Assembly (NCBI GenBank): GCA_963771885.1
Contig: CAVYVF010000023.1
Span: 800,001-864,000, forward strand
Direction of reading: 5' to 3'
Origin: Candidatus Bathyarchaeota archaeon
Lineage (GTDB): Archaea > Thermoproteota > Bathyarchaeia > TCS64
Length of the DNA stretch: 64,000 bases
Shown here: one piece after another, positions 28,930 to 37,979 of the stretch
How positions within the stretch are numbered: position 1 is the first letter of the stretch
Layout: each line of letters starts with the position of its first letter
Made by a program: the position numbers and the translations under genes
Notes under the pieces: model-generated
Told to the model about the DNA's origin: nothing
Seen by the model: only the letters and a program-made list of their open reading frames with translations
Database searches by the model: none

Positions 28930-29790
28930 ATGAGTCACTCGCCCGGCGTAGGTAAATCAGGGAGAACTAGGGGCTTCGACAAGCCGAAGAAGGCGAAGAC
29001 CAGGAAGGTCTCTAACCGCCAATCCACGGGTCCACGCCGAGGTGTAAGCGAGGCGCAGACCTTACGGGAGGTCGTCGACAGGACACTCGCCGGTCTCGAT
29101 AACCTTGGCGCCCAGACATTCGCAACACCACCCTTCCATCAACACTATGATAGATGGCTCAAGAGCCTCATCACCGTCCTCGACGACTTCGAGGCGAGCT
29201 CCGCCGTGAAGGCAGATGACAGGTTCCACACTGACCGCGGCGAGCTCCTCACCGCCGTAGACGCGGTGCTAAAGGCGGAGCAGGTAAAGGAGGCGGAGCG
29301 AGAAAACAAGATACTCGGCACACGCGGCTCGAAAGACATGCTTCTGCAGGCGGAGCGCGAGCACGAGGCGCGGCAAAGAGAACTATCCGCCCGCAGAGAC
29401 GAGAAGTTGAAGGAGCTAGGCAGCGCCGTCGAGGCACTCCGCTCCGAGCTAGCCGTGCTGGCGGAGGAGAAGCCGGGGCTCTTAGAGAGGTTCACGAAGA
29501 AGAAGGCGCAGAGCGAGGAAACCCTGAGGGCGAGAATCACATCCGCTGATGGAGTGCTCAACGATGCAAAGGCGTCGTTCATTGAAGAGGCGGCGCGAGT
29601 GCAGAGCGAGTACGCCGAAAGGAGGCGCGGCATCCTCGAGATAGTTGCTGAGGAGCGGAAGGAGATCGAGAAGCTGGATGCTGAGGCTCAGGTCGACGGC
29701 TCGGTCGAGGTGCGCCGCGTGGCCTGCGAGGAGCTCACCGAAGCGGTCAAAGACCTCGTCGAGCGGCTCAAAGCGCCTGGACCATCCTAA
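28930..29790 (+). CDS. Coiled-coil hypothetical protein
   Basis: Basic N-terminus, LGAQTFATPPFHQHYDRWL, long Glu/Arg/Ala heptad region. Confidence 0.7.
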   Translation: MSHSPGVGKSGRTRGFDKPKKAKTRKVSNRQSTGPRRGVSEAQTLREVVDRTLAGLDNLGAQTFATPPFHQHYDRWLKSLITVLDDFEASSAVKADDRFHTDRGELLTAVDAVLKAEQVKEAERENKILGTRGSKDMLLQAEREHEARQRELSARRDEKLKELGSAVEALRSELAVLAEEKPGLLERFTKKKAQSEETLRARITSADGVLNDAKASFIEEAARVQSEYAERRRGILEIVAEERKEIEKLDAEAQVDGSVEVRRVACEELTEAVKDLVERLKAPGPS

Positions 29791-30860
29791 TTTATGCTTC
29801 TTAGAGCTTTCGCGACGCCCGAATGCCCGGCTTTCTCAGCGGCGGAGGCCGCCTCCACGACGTCGACTTCACGCGGCTTACTGCCCCAGAGCCTACACAG
29901 GTTGCCCGAGTATATCTCGTTGAGAACAGCCCGGGGAAGGTCGAGACCCGTGAAAGGCTCCTCGTAGCGGGTGAGTAGCTCGTCCGCCTCGTCGGGTGTG
30001 TAGAAGTCTTCAACCTTCTCAAGGAAGGCACGCAGCATCCACACGCGTGCTAGGTGCTCCTCGACCGTCTTGCTCATGCCTATGTCAGTGCCGAGGAATA
30101 TCCTGTCGGCATGGCGGGTGAAAAACCTCCTCCACTCCCCGCGCCTCCGACTAACCTCGTAGAGGAGCTCGACGCCGGGAGCAAGGTCCACGTGGGCGTT
30201 GGGGTATCTGGAGAAGAGATCGCCCAGTGTCTCTATGTGGGGTGAGAGGAAGAGCATGTGAGGGAAAACGACTTGGACGCCTGGGTGACGCGTGAGCACA
30301 TTCTCCACCTCCGAGTAAAGCTCCCCCTGCGTGGGGTAATCGCCCCTGAAGTAACCCCAGCCCCTCGCCTTCGCCCAGTCAGGCGTCCGCTCCTCGCTCC
30401 AGAACTCCTCGGGGTCCCCGACGTGACAGACGACAGGGAACCGTTTGTCCTCGCAGGCTTCCCAGAGCCCCTCGTAGGCGGGGGAGTCTAGAGGCGTGTG
30501 CTTGTCCCGTGTCACCGGCTTCGCACCCATCTCCCCGATGCCGTCATAGCCGAGGCCCATGAGCGACTCGACGTAGCCGCCCCAGTCGACGCTCTTCCAG
30601 CTGCCCGCCTCGAAGCTCCACGGCGCATAACCACCGGCGTAGAACCGGCCCGGATTCACCGCCTTAAGGTAGAGTGAGGAGTGGTCAGGGTTCCCGTAGA
30701 GATGCATACCGCTCAGCTGCCCGAGCCTCATCGTCTCCTCGAGCTCCCGCGACTTCGCCCCGAGGGCAGCCTCGCCAAATCTGTTATCAGCCCTCCATGG
30801 GGGCCACGGGTGGACGTGGCAGTCTATCACCGGCATGTCCGTGAAGTCTGAAAACTCCAT
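29787..30860 (-). CDS. Amidohydrolase family protein (Amidohydro_2)
   Basis: IDCHVH, CHVGDP, FPH, IFLGTD. Confidence 0.88.
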   Translation of the reverse strand: MEFSDFTDMPVIDCHVHPWPPWRADNRFGEAALGAKSRELEETMRLGQLSGMHLYGNPDHSSLYLKAVNPGRFYAGGYAPWSFEAGSWKSVDWGGYVESLMGLGYDGIGEMGAKPVTRDKHTPLDSPAYEGLWEACEDKRFPVVCHVGDPEEFWSEERTPDWAKARGWGYFRGDYPTQGELYSEVENVLTRHPGVQVVFPHMLFLSPHIETLGDLFSRYPNAHVDLAPGVELLYEVSRRRGEWRRFFTRHADRIFLGTDIGMSKTVEEHLARVWMLRAFLEKVEDFYTPDEADELLTRYEEPFTGLDLPRAVLNEIYSGNLCRLWGSKPREVDVVEAASAAEKAGHSGVAKALRSIN

Positions 30861-30980
30861 GGATCAACGGCTGGGCGTCAGCGGATAGAATTTGCGCCAA
30901 AAAAACCAATAATGACTCGTACCGATGTAGTCACCGTCTTTTCGGATAACCTATAAGCAACAACCGCATATAATATAACA

Positions 30981-31298
30981 ATGGCTTTCTCACAGCGCAG
31001 AACAAACCTACTCAGGGTGCTCGAGATCGAGTCCAAAATCAAGGACATCGAACACGGCGAGGAGTACCTGAGAGTGAAGAGGGAGATCAGGGTCCTCGAG
31101 AACGCCCACGGGGGCGGCGGGATCCTCACGGTGACCTCACCGGACGACATAAACGAGGTAGTCGAAATCAGGAAGAACAGCGTCGATGTAACGGAGTACC
31201 TCACGAAGTATAAGGGGCAGATGAGGTCAGTGATGGAGAAGATCGACTCCCTCAACGACGAGAAGATGAGGCTGAAGAAATCCCTCATCAATGGATGA
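30981..31298 (+). CDS. Hypothetical helical protein
   Basis: ATG about 28 nt after CTATAA; coherent codon usage. Confidence 0.65.
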   Translation: MAFSQRRTNLLRVLEIESKIKDIEHGEEYLRVKREIRVLENAHGGGGILTVTSPDDINEVVEIRKNSVDVTEYLTKYKGQMRSVMEKIDSLNDEKMRLKKSLING

Positions 31299-31332
31299 AG
31301 CGTAACCTGAACCATCTCACCGTTGGTGTCTC

Positions 31333-31393
31333 TTTAACATATTATGTTAAAATCGACCCAATATGAGACAATTTTTTAATATCTTTATATTAA
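31333..31393. promoter_or_regulatory. Two palindromes upstream of the zinc-ribbon gene
   Basis: TTTAACATA-T-TATGTTAAA (perfect 9-1-9, 31333-31351) and TTAATAT-CTTT-ATATTAA (31376-31393, over the TATA-like box). Confidence 0.5.
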
Positions 31394-31411
31394 GGCAGCC
31401 CCAAGATACTT

Positions 31412-31669
31412 TTGGGAGATTACATGGATCACATTTTCACGTTCAAGATGATTGTTCTAAACGATAGGCCGTCCGGGGGGAAGTTATTCAGCAAGGATAA
31501 TCTCCCAGAGTCGAAGAAGATGGATCCCTACGTCTCGGGGAAAGGCGCGCTGAACTACAACTGTGGCAAGTGCGACCACCTGATGTTGAAGTCTATCCGC
31601 CGAATCCAGATAATAGATGCCATATACAAGTGCCCAAAGTGCGGGTCTTTTAACCGGGTCAAGGTCTAG
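31412..31669 (+). CDS. Small zinc-ribbon protein
   Basis: YNCGKC...YKCPKCGSFN. Confidence 0.75.
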   Translation: MGDYMDHIFTFKMIVLNDRPSGGKLFSKDNLPESKKMDPYVSGKGALNYNCGKCDHLMLKSIRRIQIIDAIYKCPKCGSFNRVKV

Positions 31670-32166
31670 CCGCGGGTGATCGAGAAAACGGCCGGTGGCT
31701 TTTTTGAGCGTCTACGAGAGGATAGAGAGGATGCAGGAAAAGGATCCCGACAAGATGTACTGTGGAAACTTCTCCGTATACCACAAGTCAGGCGGTAACC
31801 TTCCCCCGAGGAAAACACCTCGAGTTAACAAGATACGGGTCATGAAGAGCCCCGACGACGAGTAGGCATCCTCACCTTTTCTATCAGTGAATCCTACTAG
31901 TAAGATGCCGCCGAAGACAAAGACAATGGCGGCACTCAACTAAATACGTGTGCACACCGTGATCCCCCTGTGGAATTTTAGTAGTAGCCCAACTGCAATA
32001 TCTGAAAATCTATACATTTAGCGGAGTTAATTGCGAAGAATGATGAGAACACCCTTGAATTAAATTCAAAACTCAATAATTGGATGTTTATACCAAAGCG
32101 AGTTGGTATTAGATTAATCGATTATCCAACGAGTGTGTGAAAAAAGGGAAAATGATTTACATTTGT

Positions 32167-32463
32167 TTACTTTTTAGACTTTATGTATAGTTCTATCGTC
32201 TTTGACGCCGCCATTATGGGTTCAAAAGACCAATTCATTGTATCCTTAAAGTGCAGAGAAACATTTGTCAACTGTTCCTCAGTGGTATCGTCACCATAGA
32301 GTATGAATCCCCTATACTCTCCAGGGAAAACAAAGTTATCAGACAAGGGATTAATTGGATATCTCGGGTCCTTTTTCTCTCTCGCATCAAGTAGTTCCTT
32401 GTACTTCTTGATGTTAACCTCGAAGGTTGTAGACTCCATCTCCCAGTGTGCTAACCATTTCAC
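32167..32463 (-). CDS. Small hypothetical protein (DUF3303-like), low GC
   Basis: GTG start after GAGGAGATGA; MKWLAHWE...RGFILY...WSFEPIM. Confidence 0.6.
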   Translation of the reverse strand: MKWLAHWEMESTTFEVNIKKYKELLDAREKKDPRYPINPLSDNFVFPGEYRGFILYGDDTTEEQLTNVSLHFKDTMNWSFEPIMAASKTIELYIKSKK

Positions 32464-32507
32464 AGCCTTTCATCTCCTCATAATTTGAAAAAGATGGTTT
32501 CCGATCA

Positions 32508-32765
32508 TCACGCAAAGAAATCATAGAAAAAGTTTGGCAGAATCTTGTAATCTCTAGTCCATTTAAAGGTCGCACCAGATTTTTCCCACGTAGCCCAGTC
32601 TTTTACTTCCCAGAAATATGCCCAATTATACACTTTAGTGACTGGTGCAAATTTTCCTAGGAACTTTACTCCTGGATGTTTTTCACAGTTCTTTTTGACG
32701 GCTTCGACATATTCTTCAAGTTGTTCATTCGTTCCTAGCCAATTGAAATATCCGATCACTATCAT
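32508..32765 (-). CDS. Small hypothetical protein (possible ferredoxin-like fold), low GC
   Basis: AGGTGA SD; GVKFLGKFAP...NWAYFWEVKDW. Confidence 0.6.
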   Translation of the reverse strand: MIVIGYFNWLGTNEQLEEYVEAVKKNCEKHPGVKFLGKFAPVTKVYNWAYFWEVKDWATWEKSGATFKWTRDYKILPNFFYDFFA

Positions 32766-32925
32766 TTCGCTTCACCTACAAAACGCAAGTGATGTTTTAT
32801 TTTAATTCATTATAAATTATGTATGTTTACACTTGTATACGTGCGCGGCTTTTTTTAAAACTCCAGTCAAAGATAAAGGCACTGCGCGCGCGAATACTCA
32901 ACTCTTTAGTAAAATCAGTTTTGGA

Positions 32926-33001
32926 TGGTAGCCCGGCTGAGATTCGAACTCAGGTCTAAGGGTCCAAAGCCCTCCATCCTTGTCCACTAGACGACCGGGC
33001 T
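32926..33001 (-). tRNA. tRNA-Gln (anticodon TTG), CCA encoded, no intron
   Basis: AGCCCGG/CCGGGCT acceptor stem, GAGGG-CT-TTG-GA-CCCTT anticodon arm, GTTCGAATC T-loop, ACCA end. Confidence 0.97.
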
Positions 33002-33094
33002 CCGCAAACAAGACCACGCCGTTGCATCTATAAAGGCATCCCCGGAGGGGTAAACCCAAATACCCCGCCGTCGAGGCTAGATGAGGTGTAACCA

Positions 33095-33373
33095 TTGGAG
33101 CTCACCTCGAAGCAGCGCGCCGAGCTGAAAGCGAAGGCGCATGAACTCGACCCCGTCGCCCACATAGGCAAATACGGCGTCACCCCCGAGTCGCTCGCCC
33201 ACATAGACAAAGTCCTCACCGATCACGAATTGATCAAGGTCAAGTTCCTCGGCTTCAAGGAGCGCCGCGCCGAGCTGAGCGACGAGATAGCGGGCGCCAC
33301 CAGCGCCGTCGTCATAGACGTTATCGGCAACGTCGCCATTTTGTACCGAGAGAAGCCGGAAACGTCCGAATAA
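33095..33373 (+). CDS. yhbY: YhbY/CRM RNA-binding protein
   Basis: LTSKQRAELKAKAHELDPVAHIGKYG, HELIKVKF, IGNVAILYR. Confidence 0.93.
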   Translation: MELTSKQRAELKAKAHELDPVAHIGKYGVTPESLAHIDKVLTDHELIKVKFLGFKERRAELSDEIAGATSAVVIDVIGNVAILYREKPETSE

Positions 33374-33420
33374 GAGACACCATTTTAAGCCGGATAGCCC
33401 ACCGTTCAGATAGACCCCCG

Positions 33421-33894
33421 ATGAAGTTCGACGAGACCGACGTCAGGATAATCCGCAACCTCCAGAAGGACGCGAGGACAAGCTTCGCAGACATAGCCGC
33501 CGAGTGCAGCGTCAGCGTCGACACGATAATAAAGCGGTTCCAGCGCCTCCGCAGAAACGGAGTCGTACGCGGCACAACTATACTGCTCGACCCCCGCCGC
33601 TTCGGCCTCGATTGCCCAGCCAGCTTCGAGATAGGCGTCGAACCAGTCAAGGTCTCCTCCGTCGTCGAGGCACTACGGAGGCAACCCGGCGTCGTCTTCT
33701 GCACCCCAAGCGTCGGCATGCAAAACATCTTCGCCGTCGCAGTCCTCCCAGGAATGAAGGAACTCAACACACTCTTAGAAAACATAAAGACACTACCCGA
33801 CGTCGTAGACGTAAAAACAAGCATCTGGGTCGAGGACATACTCCTATGCCCAGAGAACTTCGAACTCGAGGGCCTCAAGGGGGTCGTAGCCTGA
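33421..33894 (+). CDS. Lrp/AsnC family regulator (first copy)
   Basis: DETDVRIIRNLQKDARTSFADIA HTH plus RAM domain. Confidence 0.9.
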   Translation: MKFDETDVRIIRNLQKDARTSFADIAAECSVSVDTIIKRFQRLRRNGVVRGTTILLDPRRFGLDCPASFEIGVEPVKVSSVVEALRRQPGVVFCTPSVGMQNIFAVAVLPGMKELNTLLENIKTLPDVVDVKTSIWVEDILLCPENFELEGLKGVVA

Positions 33895-34352
33895 TGGACG
33901 AAGTAGACGAGCGAATAGTCACCATGATGACCGAGGACGCCCGCATCAGCTTCCGCAAGATGGCGAAAGAGCTCGACAAAAGCCCGGACACCATAATCAA
34001 CAGGTACCAGCGCCTCAGAGACGCAGGCGACGTCAGGGGCTCAACTATCGTCGTAGAACCCCGCATGATAGGCTACGAGGGCATGGCAGTCTTCCACATA
34101 GACGTCTACACAAGCAGCGGCGCCAAAACTGACTCCACCAGCATACTAAAGACACTCATAAAGATGCCCAACATCATCGTCGCCACCAAGACGGTCGGCG
34201 ACCACGACCTCCTCGCCATAGGCGTCATACACGACTTCGACCACCTCATGAAGCTCGGAAAGGAGATCGCGGCGCTGCCAGGCATCAAGAACATCCAGAC
34301 CGCGCTCTGGGCGGGCGACGGGGAGATCTGCCCCAGATACTTCATAATTTAG
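33894..34352 (+). CDS. Lrp/AsnC family regulator (second copy), TGATG-coupled to the first
   Basis: MDEVDERIVTMMTEDARISFRKMAKEL, TVGDHDLL. Confidence 0.9.
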   Translation: MDEVDERIVTMMTEDARISFRKMAKELDKSPDTIINRYQRLRDAGDVRGSTIVVEPRMIGYEGMAVFHIDVYTSSGAKTDSTSILKTLIKMPNIIVATKTVGDHDLLAIGVIHDFDHLMKLGKEIAALPGIKNIQTALWAGDGEICPRYFII

Positions 34353-34604
34353 CCGATAAAGATCAAGAGATAGTTCAAATATTCTTATTTCATCCGATTA
34401 CTATACTCTATTCCATATATTCTAAGATAAAATCGCTTTCAGCATCTGTTATCTCTTAGAATTGATGTGTAAAATATGACCTATTTCCCTTATTATATCT
34501 ATAAGACCTTTACAAGTTACGACAAATCCCCGGAAATACGTCTTTTTTATTCTAAAAAACTCTAAATATACTATTTCGAGTCCTTACAAGCTGGTGCCAA
34601 TCTA

Positions 34605-35837
34605 GTGAATCCCGGTGATATCGCTTGGGTGGCTGTCGCCACTGCGCTCGTCATGTTGATGACTCCAGCCCTCGGCTTCTTCTACGCTGGACTTGTTAGG
34701 CGTAAGAACCTGTTATCGACGCTGGTTCAGTGCCTCATAATCTTCGCCGTTGTAAGCCTAGTCTGGACCCTCTATGGGTACAGCCTTGTCTTCGCACCGA
34801 GTATTAACGGTGTAATCGGTGACCTATCCCTCTTTGGACTAAACGGAGTAGGCGCTGCGCCAAACTTAATCTACGCCCCGCTCATACCCGAACTCCTCTT
34901 CTTCGCATTCCAACTCAAGTTCGCGGCTATTACCCCCGCGCTTATTATCGGGGCCTTCGCGGAGAGGATACACTTCAGGTCGCTACTCATATTCATCATC
35001 CTCTGGTCCACGCTCATCTACAGCCCGGTGGCTCACTGGGTGTGGAACTCCGGAGGATGGCTTAGGGCTCTAGGCGCCATCGACTTCGCCGGTGGGCTCG
35101 TGGTCCACATCACCGCTGGTCTTTCTGCCCTCGCCGCTGCGATCGTGATAGGGCGCAGGAAGGACATCGAGAAAAAGGAGACGATGAAGCCGAGCAACAT
35201 CCCGTATGTCATCCTCGGCGCGGCTCTGCTCTGGTTCGGATGGTTCGGTTTCAATGCAGGCAGCGCGCTTGGCGCAGACAGCATCATGGTATACGCGCTT
35301 GTCAACACTAACATCGCCGCTGCGGCGGCAGCCTGTAGCTGGATGATAGTCGACTGGATAACGAAGGGTAAGCCCTCAGCGGTCGGAATGGCGGTAGGCG
35401 CCGTTTGCGGCCTCGTAGCTATTACCCCTGCTTCGGGATACGTAACTGTCATATCAGCACTCATCATTGGGCTCGTCGCCGGAATACTCTCGAACCTGAT
35501 ATCTGGTTGGAGGGCGACGAGGACTCGCGTCGATGACACACTCGACGTCTTCGCCTGCCACGGAGTAAGTGGCATTTGGGGATCGATAGCCACGGGCATC
35601 TTCGCCACACTTCTTATCAACCCAGCAGCGTTCAACGGCCTGCTCGCAGGCAACCCAGGCCTACTCTGGTCCCAAGCTATCGCAGTCGCCGTCATTGCCG
35701 CCTTCTCCTTCTTCGGCTCCTACATACTGCTTAAGATCATCAACCTCTTCTCCCCGCTGAGAGTATCCCCCGAGGATGAGGAGAAGGGGCTCGACCTCAC
35801 TGAACATGGTGAGGAAGCCTACTCCCAGCAGGACTAG
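34605..35837 (+). CDS. amt: Ammonium transporter
   Basis: LMTPALGFFYAGLV, FAAITPALI, DFAGGLVVH, LWFGWFGFNAGS, DDTLDVFACHG. Confidence 0.97.
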   Translation: MNPGDIAWVAVATALVMLMTPALGFFYAGLVRRKNLLSTLVQCLIIFAVVSLVWTLYGYSLVFAPSINGVIGDLSLFGLNGVGAAPNLIYAPLIPELLFFAFQLKFAAITPALIIGAFAERIHFRSLLIFIILWSTLIYSPVAHWVWNSGGWLRALGAIDFAGGLVVHITAGLSALAAAIVIGRRKDIEKKETMKPSNIPYVILGAALLWFGWFGFNAGSALGADSIMVYALVNTNIAAAAAACSWMIVDWITKGKPSAVGMAVGAVCGLVAITPASGYVTVISALIIGLVAGILSNLISGWRATRTRVDDTLDVFACHGVSGIWGSIATGIFATLLINPAAFNGLLAGNPGLLWSQAIAVAVIAAFSFFGSYILLKIINLFSPLRVSPEDEEKGLDLTEHGEEAYSQQD

Positions 35838-35850
35838 CCCGCCCTTCAGC

Positions 35851-36459
35851 TCAGTTTTTCAGAGCCCTTAAAACCCTATATCCCCCGCCCCTCGCGGCTA
35901 CCTCAATGTTGCCGAAAGCCTCTTCTATAAGGGCGGAGACGGTTCGCCCCCCCTTGTTTGACTGTACAACGAGCTGGAGTGAACCTCCCGAGTTGAGGTG
36001 GAGCGGTGCGTCTTTTATGATGGGTTCGACGATCTTCGCCATCCCGGCGGAGATTGGGGGATTCGTGATTATGGCGTCGAAGGTTTCGCCTTGAACGGGC
36101 TCATAGAGACTCCCCTGTATTATTGTAGCCCGGACGCTGTTACGACGCATATTCTCCTCTGCTAGGGCAACGGCACGGGAGTTGACATCGGTCATCCAGA
36201 CTCTGAGACCAGGATTCTTCTTTGCCGCTGCTATGCCTATGACGCCGTATCCGCAACCTAGGTCGAGGACCTTGCCTTCGGTTGGGAGCACCATCGACTC
36301 AACGAGGAGGCGTGTGCCGTTGTCGATCCTCTTGTGGCTAAAGACTCCGCTGCTTGTCATGAACTCCAGCTGGAAGCCATTGAGAGTAGCCCTTATGAGG
36401 CCGAGCTTCTCGGAGCTTGTAGGGTTCTCGGAAAAGTAGTGCTCGGACACCCCTACCAC
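35851..36459 (-). CDS. Class I SAM-dependent methyltransferase (RsmC/MTS-like)
   Basis: HYFS, GVFSHKRIDNGT, LDLGCGYG, TNPPI. Confidence 0.92.
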   Translation of the reverse strand: MVGVSEHYFSENPTSSEKLGLIRATLNGFQLEFMTSSGVFSHKRIDNGTRLLVESMVLPTEGKVLDLGCGYGVIGIAAAKKNPGLRVWMTDVNSRAVALAEENMRRNSVRATIIQGSLYEPVQGETFDAIITNPPISAGMAKIVEPIIKDAPLHLNSGGSLQLVVQSNKGGRTVSALIEEAFGNIEVAARGGGYRVLRALKN

Positions 36460-37433
36460 GACTTGGGGTAGGTGCCTCTCAGCATTATGACGCGCTCGGG
36501 GATGGCGGCGATGCCGTGCTCCTCCTTGACGATGGTGTCGGTGTTCATCTCCGCCTTCATAAGGGCGACTGCCTCCCCGCGCTGGGTCATCACGGCGATT
36601 AATCCCTTCGGCTCAATGCCGGACTCGAGGCGGAGTATGCCGGGGACAGCGAGCTGGGCGCCTGTGCAGAGGGCTTCGACAGCGGAGTCTCTGATCCAGA
36701 TGTGCGGCAGGAGCGACAAGGCCTCCTCGACGGGGTGTATGAGCTTCTTCAGCGGCGTCTCGTCTCCCTCATGATAGAGGTCCATCGCGTCCGCGATATC
36801 GTAGAGTGTAACCGACTGCGCCTCGAGGAAGGGACCGCTGCGCGTCCTGCGTAGCTCATGCATATCAGCGCCGCAGCCGAGGACCTCGCCGACGTCAGCG
36901 CAAAGCTTCCTTATGTATGTACCACTCTGGCAGTCCACCTTGAAGAGCCAGTTCCTGCCACCGCCTTCTAGATACTCGATCTTGTAGATCCTGCGTGTGC
37001 GTAGCCTGCGGCTTACTGCCGATCTGAGGGGCGGCCTTTGGAATATCTCGCCCTCGAACTCCTTGAGGATTGGAACCAGGCGCTTCTCCTCAACGTCCTC
37101 GTGGGTACGCATTATGGTGACGTACTGCTTACCCGCGTCCAGGAGGGCTTGGACACATTTCGAAGAGTCTTCAAGTGTGACCGGGAGTACGCCAGTGACC
37201 TTGGGATCGAGTGTGCCACCGTGGCCGACGTGGTCGAGCTCCATGAGTTTCCTCACCCAGGCAACGACCTCGTGGCTCGTAGGACCGGGAACTTTGTCAA
37301 CTATGACGACGCCGCGCTTGAGCATTTGCTGGAGGTTTCTATCCTCTGGTGGGAGGCCGAGGCTCGTGTTGAACTCCTCCTCGGCGCGCGTGTAGATGGT
37401 TCTCTTTATCTCCCAGGCGGGAATCTCCGGCAT
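36453..37433 (-). CDS. cbf5: H/ACA pseudouridine synthase Cbf5
   Basis: DKVPGPTSHEVVAW, GHGGTLDPKVTG, QRPPLRSAV, GTYIRKLC, PUA domain. Confidence 0.96.
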   Translation of the reverse strand: MPEIPAWEIKRTIYTRAEEEFNTSLGLPPEDRNLQQMLKRGVVIVDKVPGPTSHEVVAWVRKLMELDHVGHGGTLDPKVTGVLPVTLEDSSKCVQALLDAGKQYVTIMRTHEDVEEKRLVPILKEFEGEIFQRPPLRSAVSRRLRTRRIYKIEYLEGGGRNWLFKVDCQSGTYIRKLCADVGEVLGCGADMHELRRTRSGPFLEAQSVTLYDIADAMDLYHEGDETPLKKLIHPVEEALSLLPHIWIRDSAVEALCTGAQLAVPGILRLESGIEPKGLIAVMTQRGEAVALMKAEMNTDTIVKEEHGIAAIPERVIMLRGTYPKSW

Positions 37434-37588
37434 GACGTATCCCCCAGTGAATCTGTACCCGGGTCTATAAGCATGGTGCAGGCGGGCTGCTTCTTAGACG
37501 CTTTTTCCTCTGCCTGTATAACTCTAGCATTTCGGCGCCTTACGGGTATTGCGACATGCGCGCACGCATCCCGAGCAGACCCATCTAT

Positions 37589-37852
37589 CTACTTTTCCTC
37601 TTTCTTCTCTTCCGAGTCTTTCTTTAGCTTCTCTCTGTATTGCGTCACATCTGGGTGCTCCCACTCCTTCCCAATCGCCTGAGCGGTATAATCCATTCCT
37701 CCGCCGTATAGGGGGAGGTTCGAGCGGGGCTGGGTCTCCTCTGAGAGCCTCTTGTCGGGCAACGGCGGCTCCCTTCCCTCCCGGTCCGTCGCCTTCTCTT
37801 TCCTAAACAGCACCCAGAGGAGCGGGACGAAGATGAAGGCGAGTATTATCAA
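37589..37852 (-). CDS. Possible small membrane-anchored hypothetical protein
   Basis: N-terminal TM helix and charged tail; start uncertain. Confidence 0.4.
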   Translation of the reverse strand: MIILAFIFVPLLWVLFRKEKATDREGREPPLPDKRLSEETQPRSNLPLYGGGMDYTAQAIGKEWEHPDVTQYREKLKKDSEEKKEEK

Positions 37853-37979
37853 TAATAGCTTGAGGACGCTCGAAGTCCCAGATGATCACTTTCACCCACC
37901 TATGTTCCATCTCCGTAGGGGATGGCTTAAGTCTATGTGAAAAATGAAGGATTAAAGAACCACAAGGGGAGAGTTTGCG

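Noticed and set aside
30860..33001. Integrated element with att sites at tRNA-Gln
   Set aside because: No duplicate of the tRNA 3' end and no integrase were found by eye
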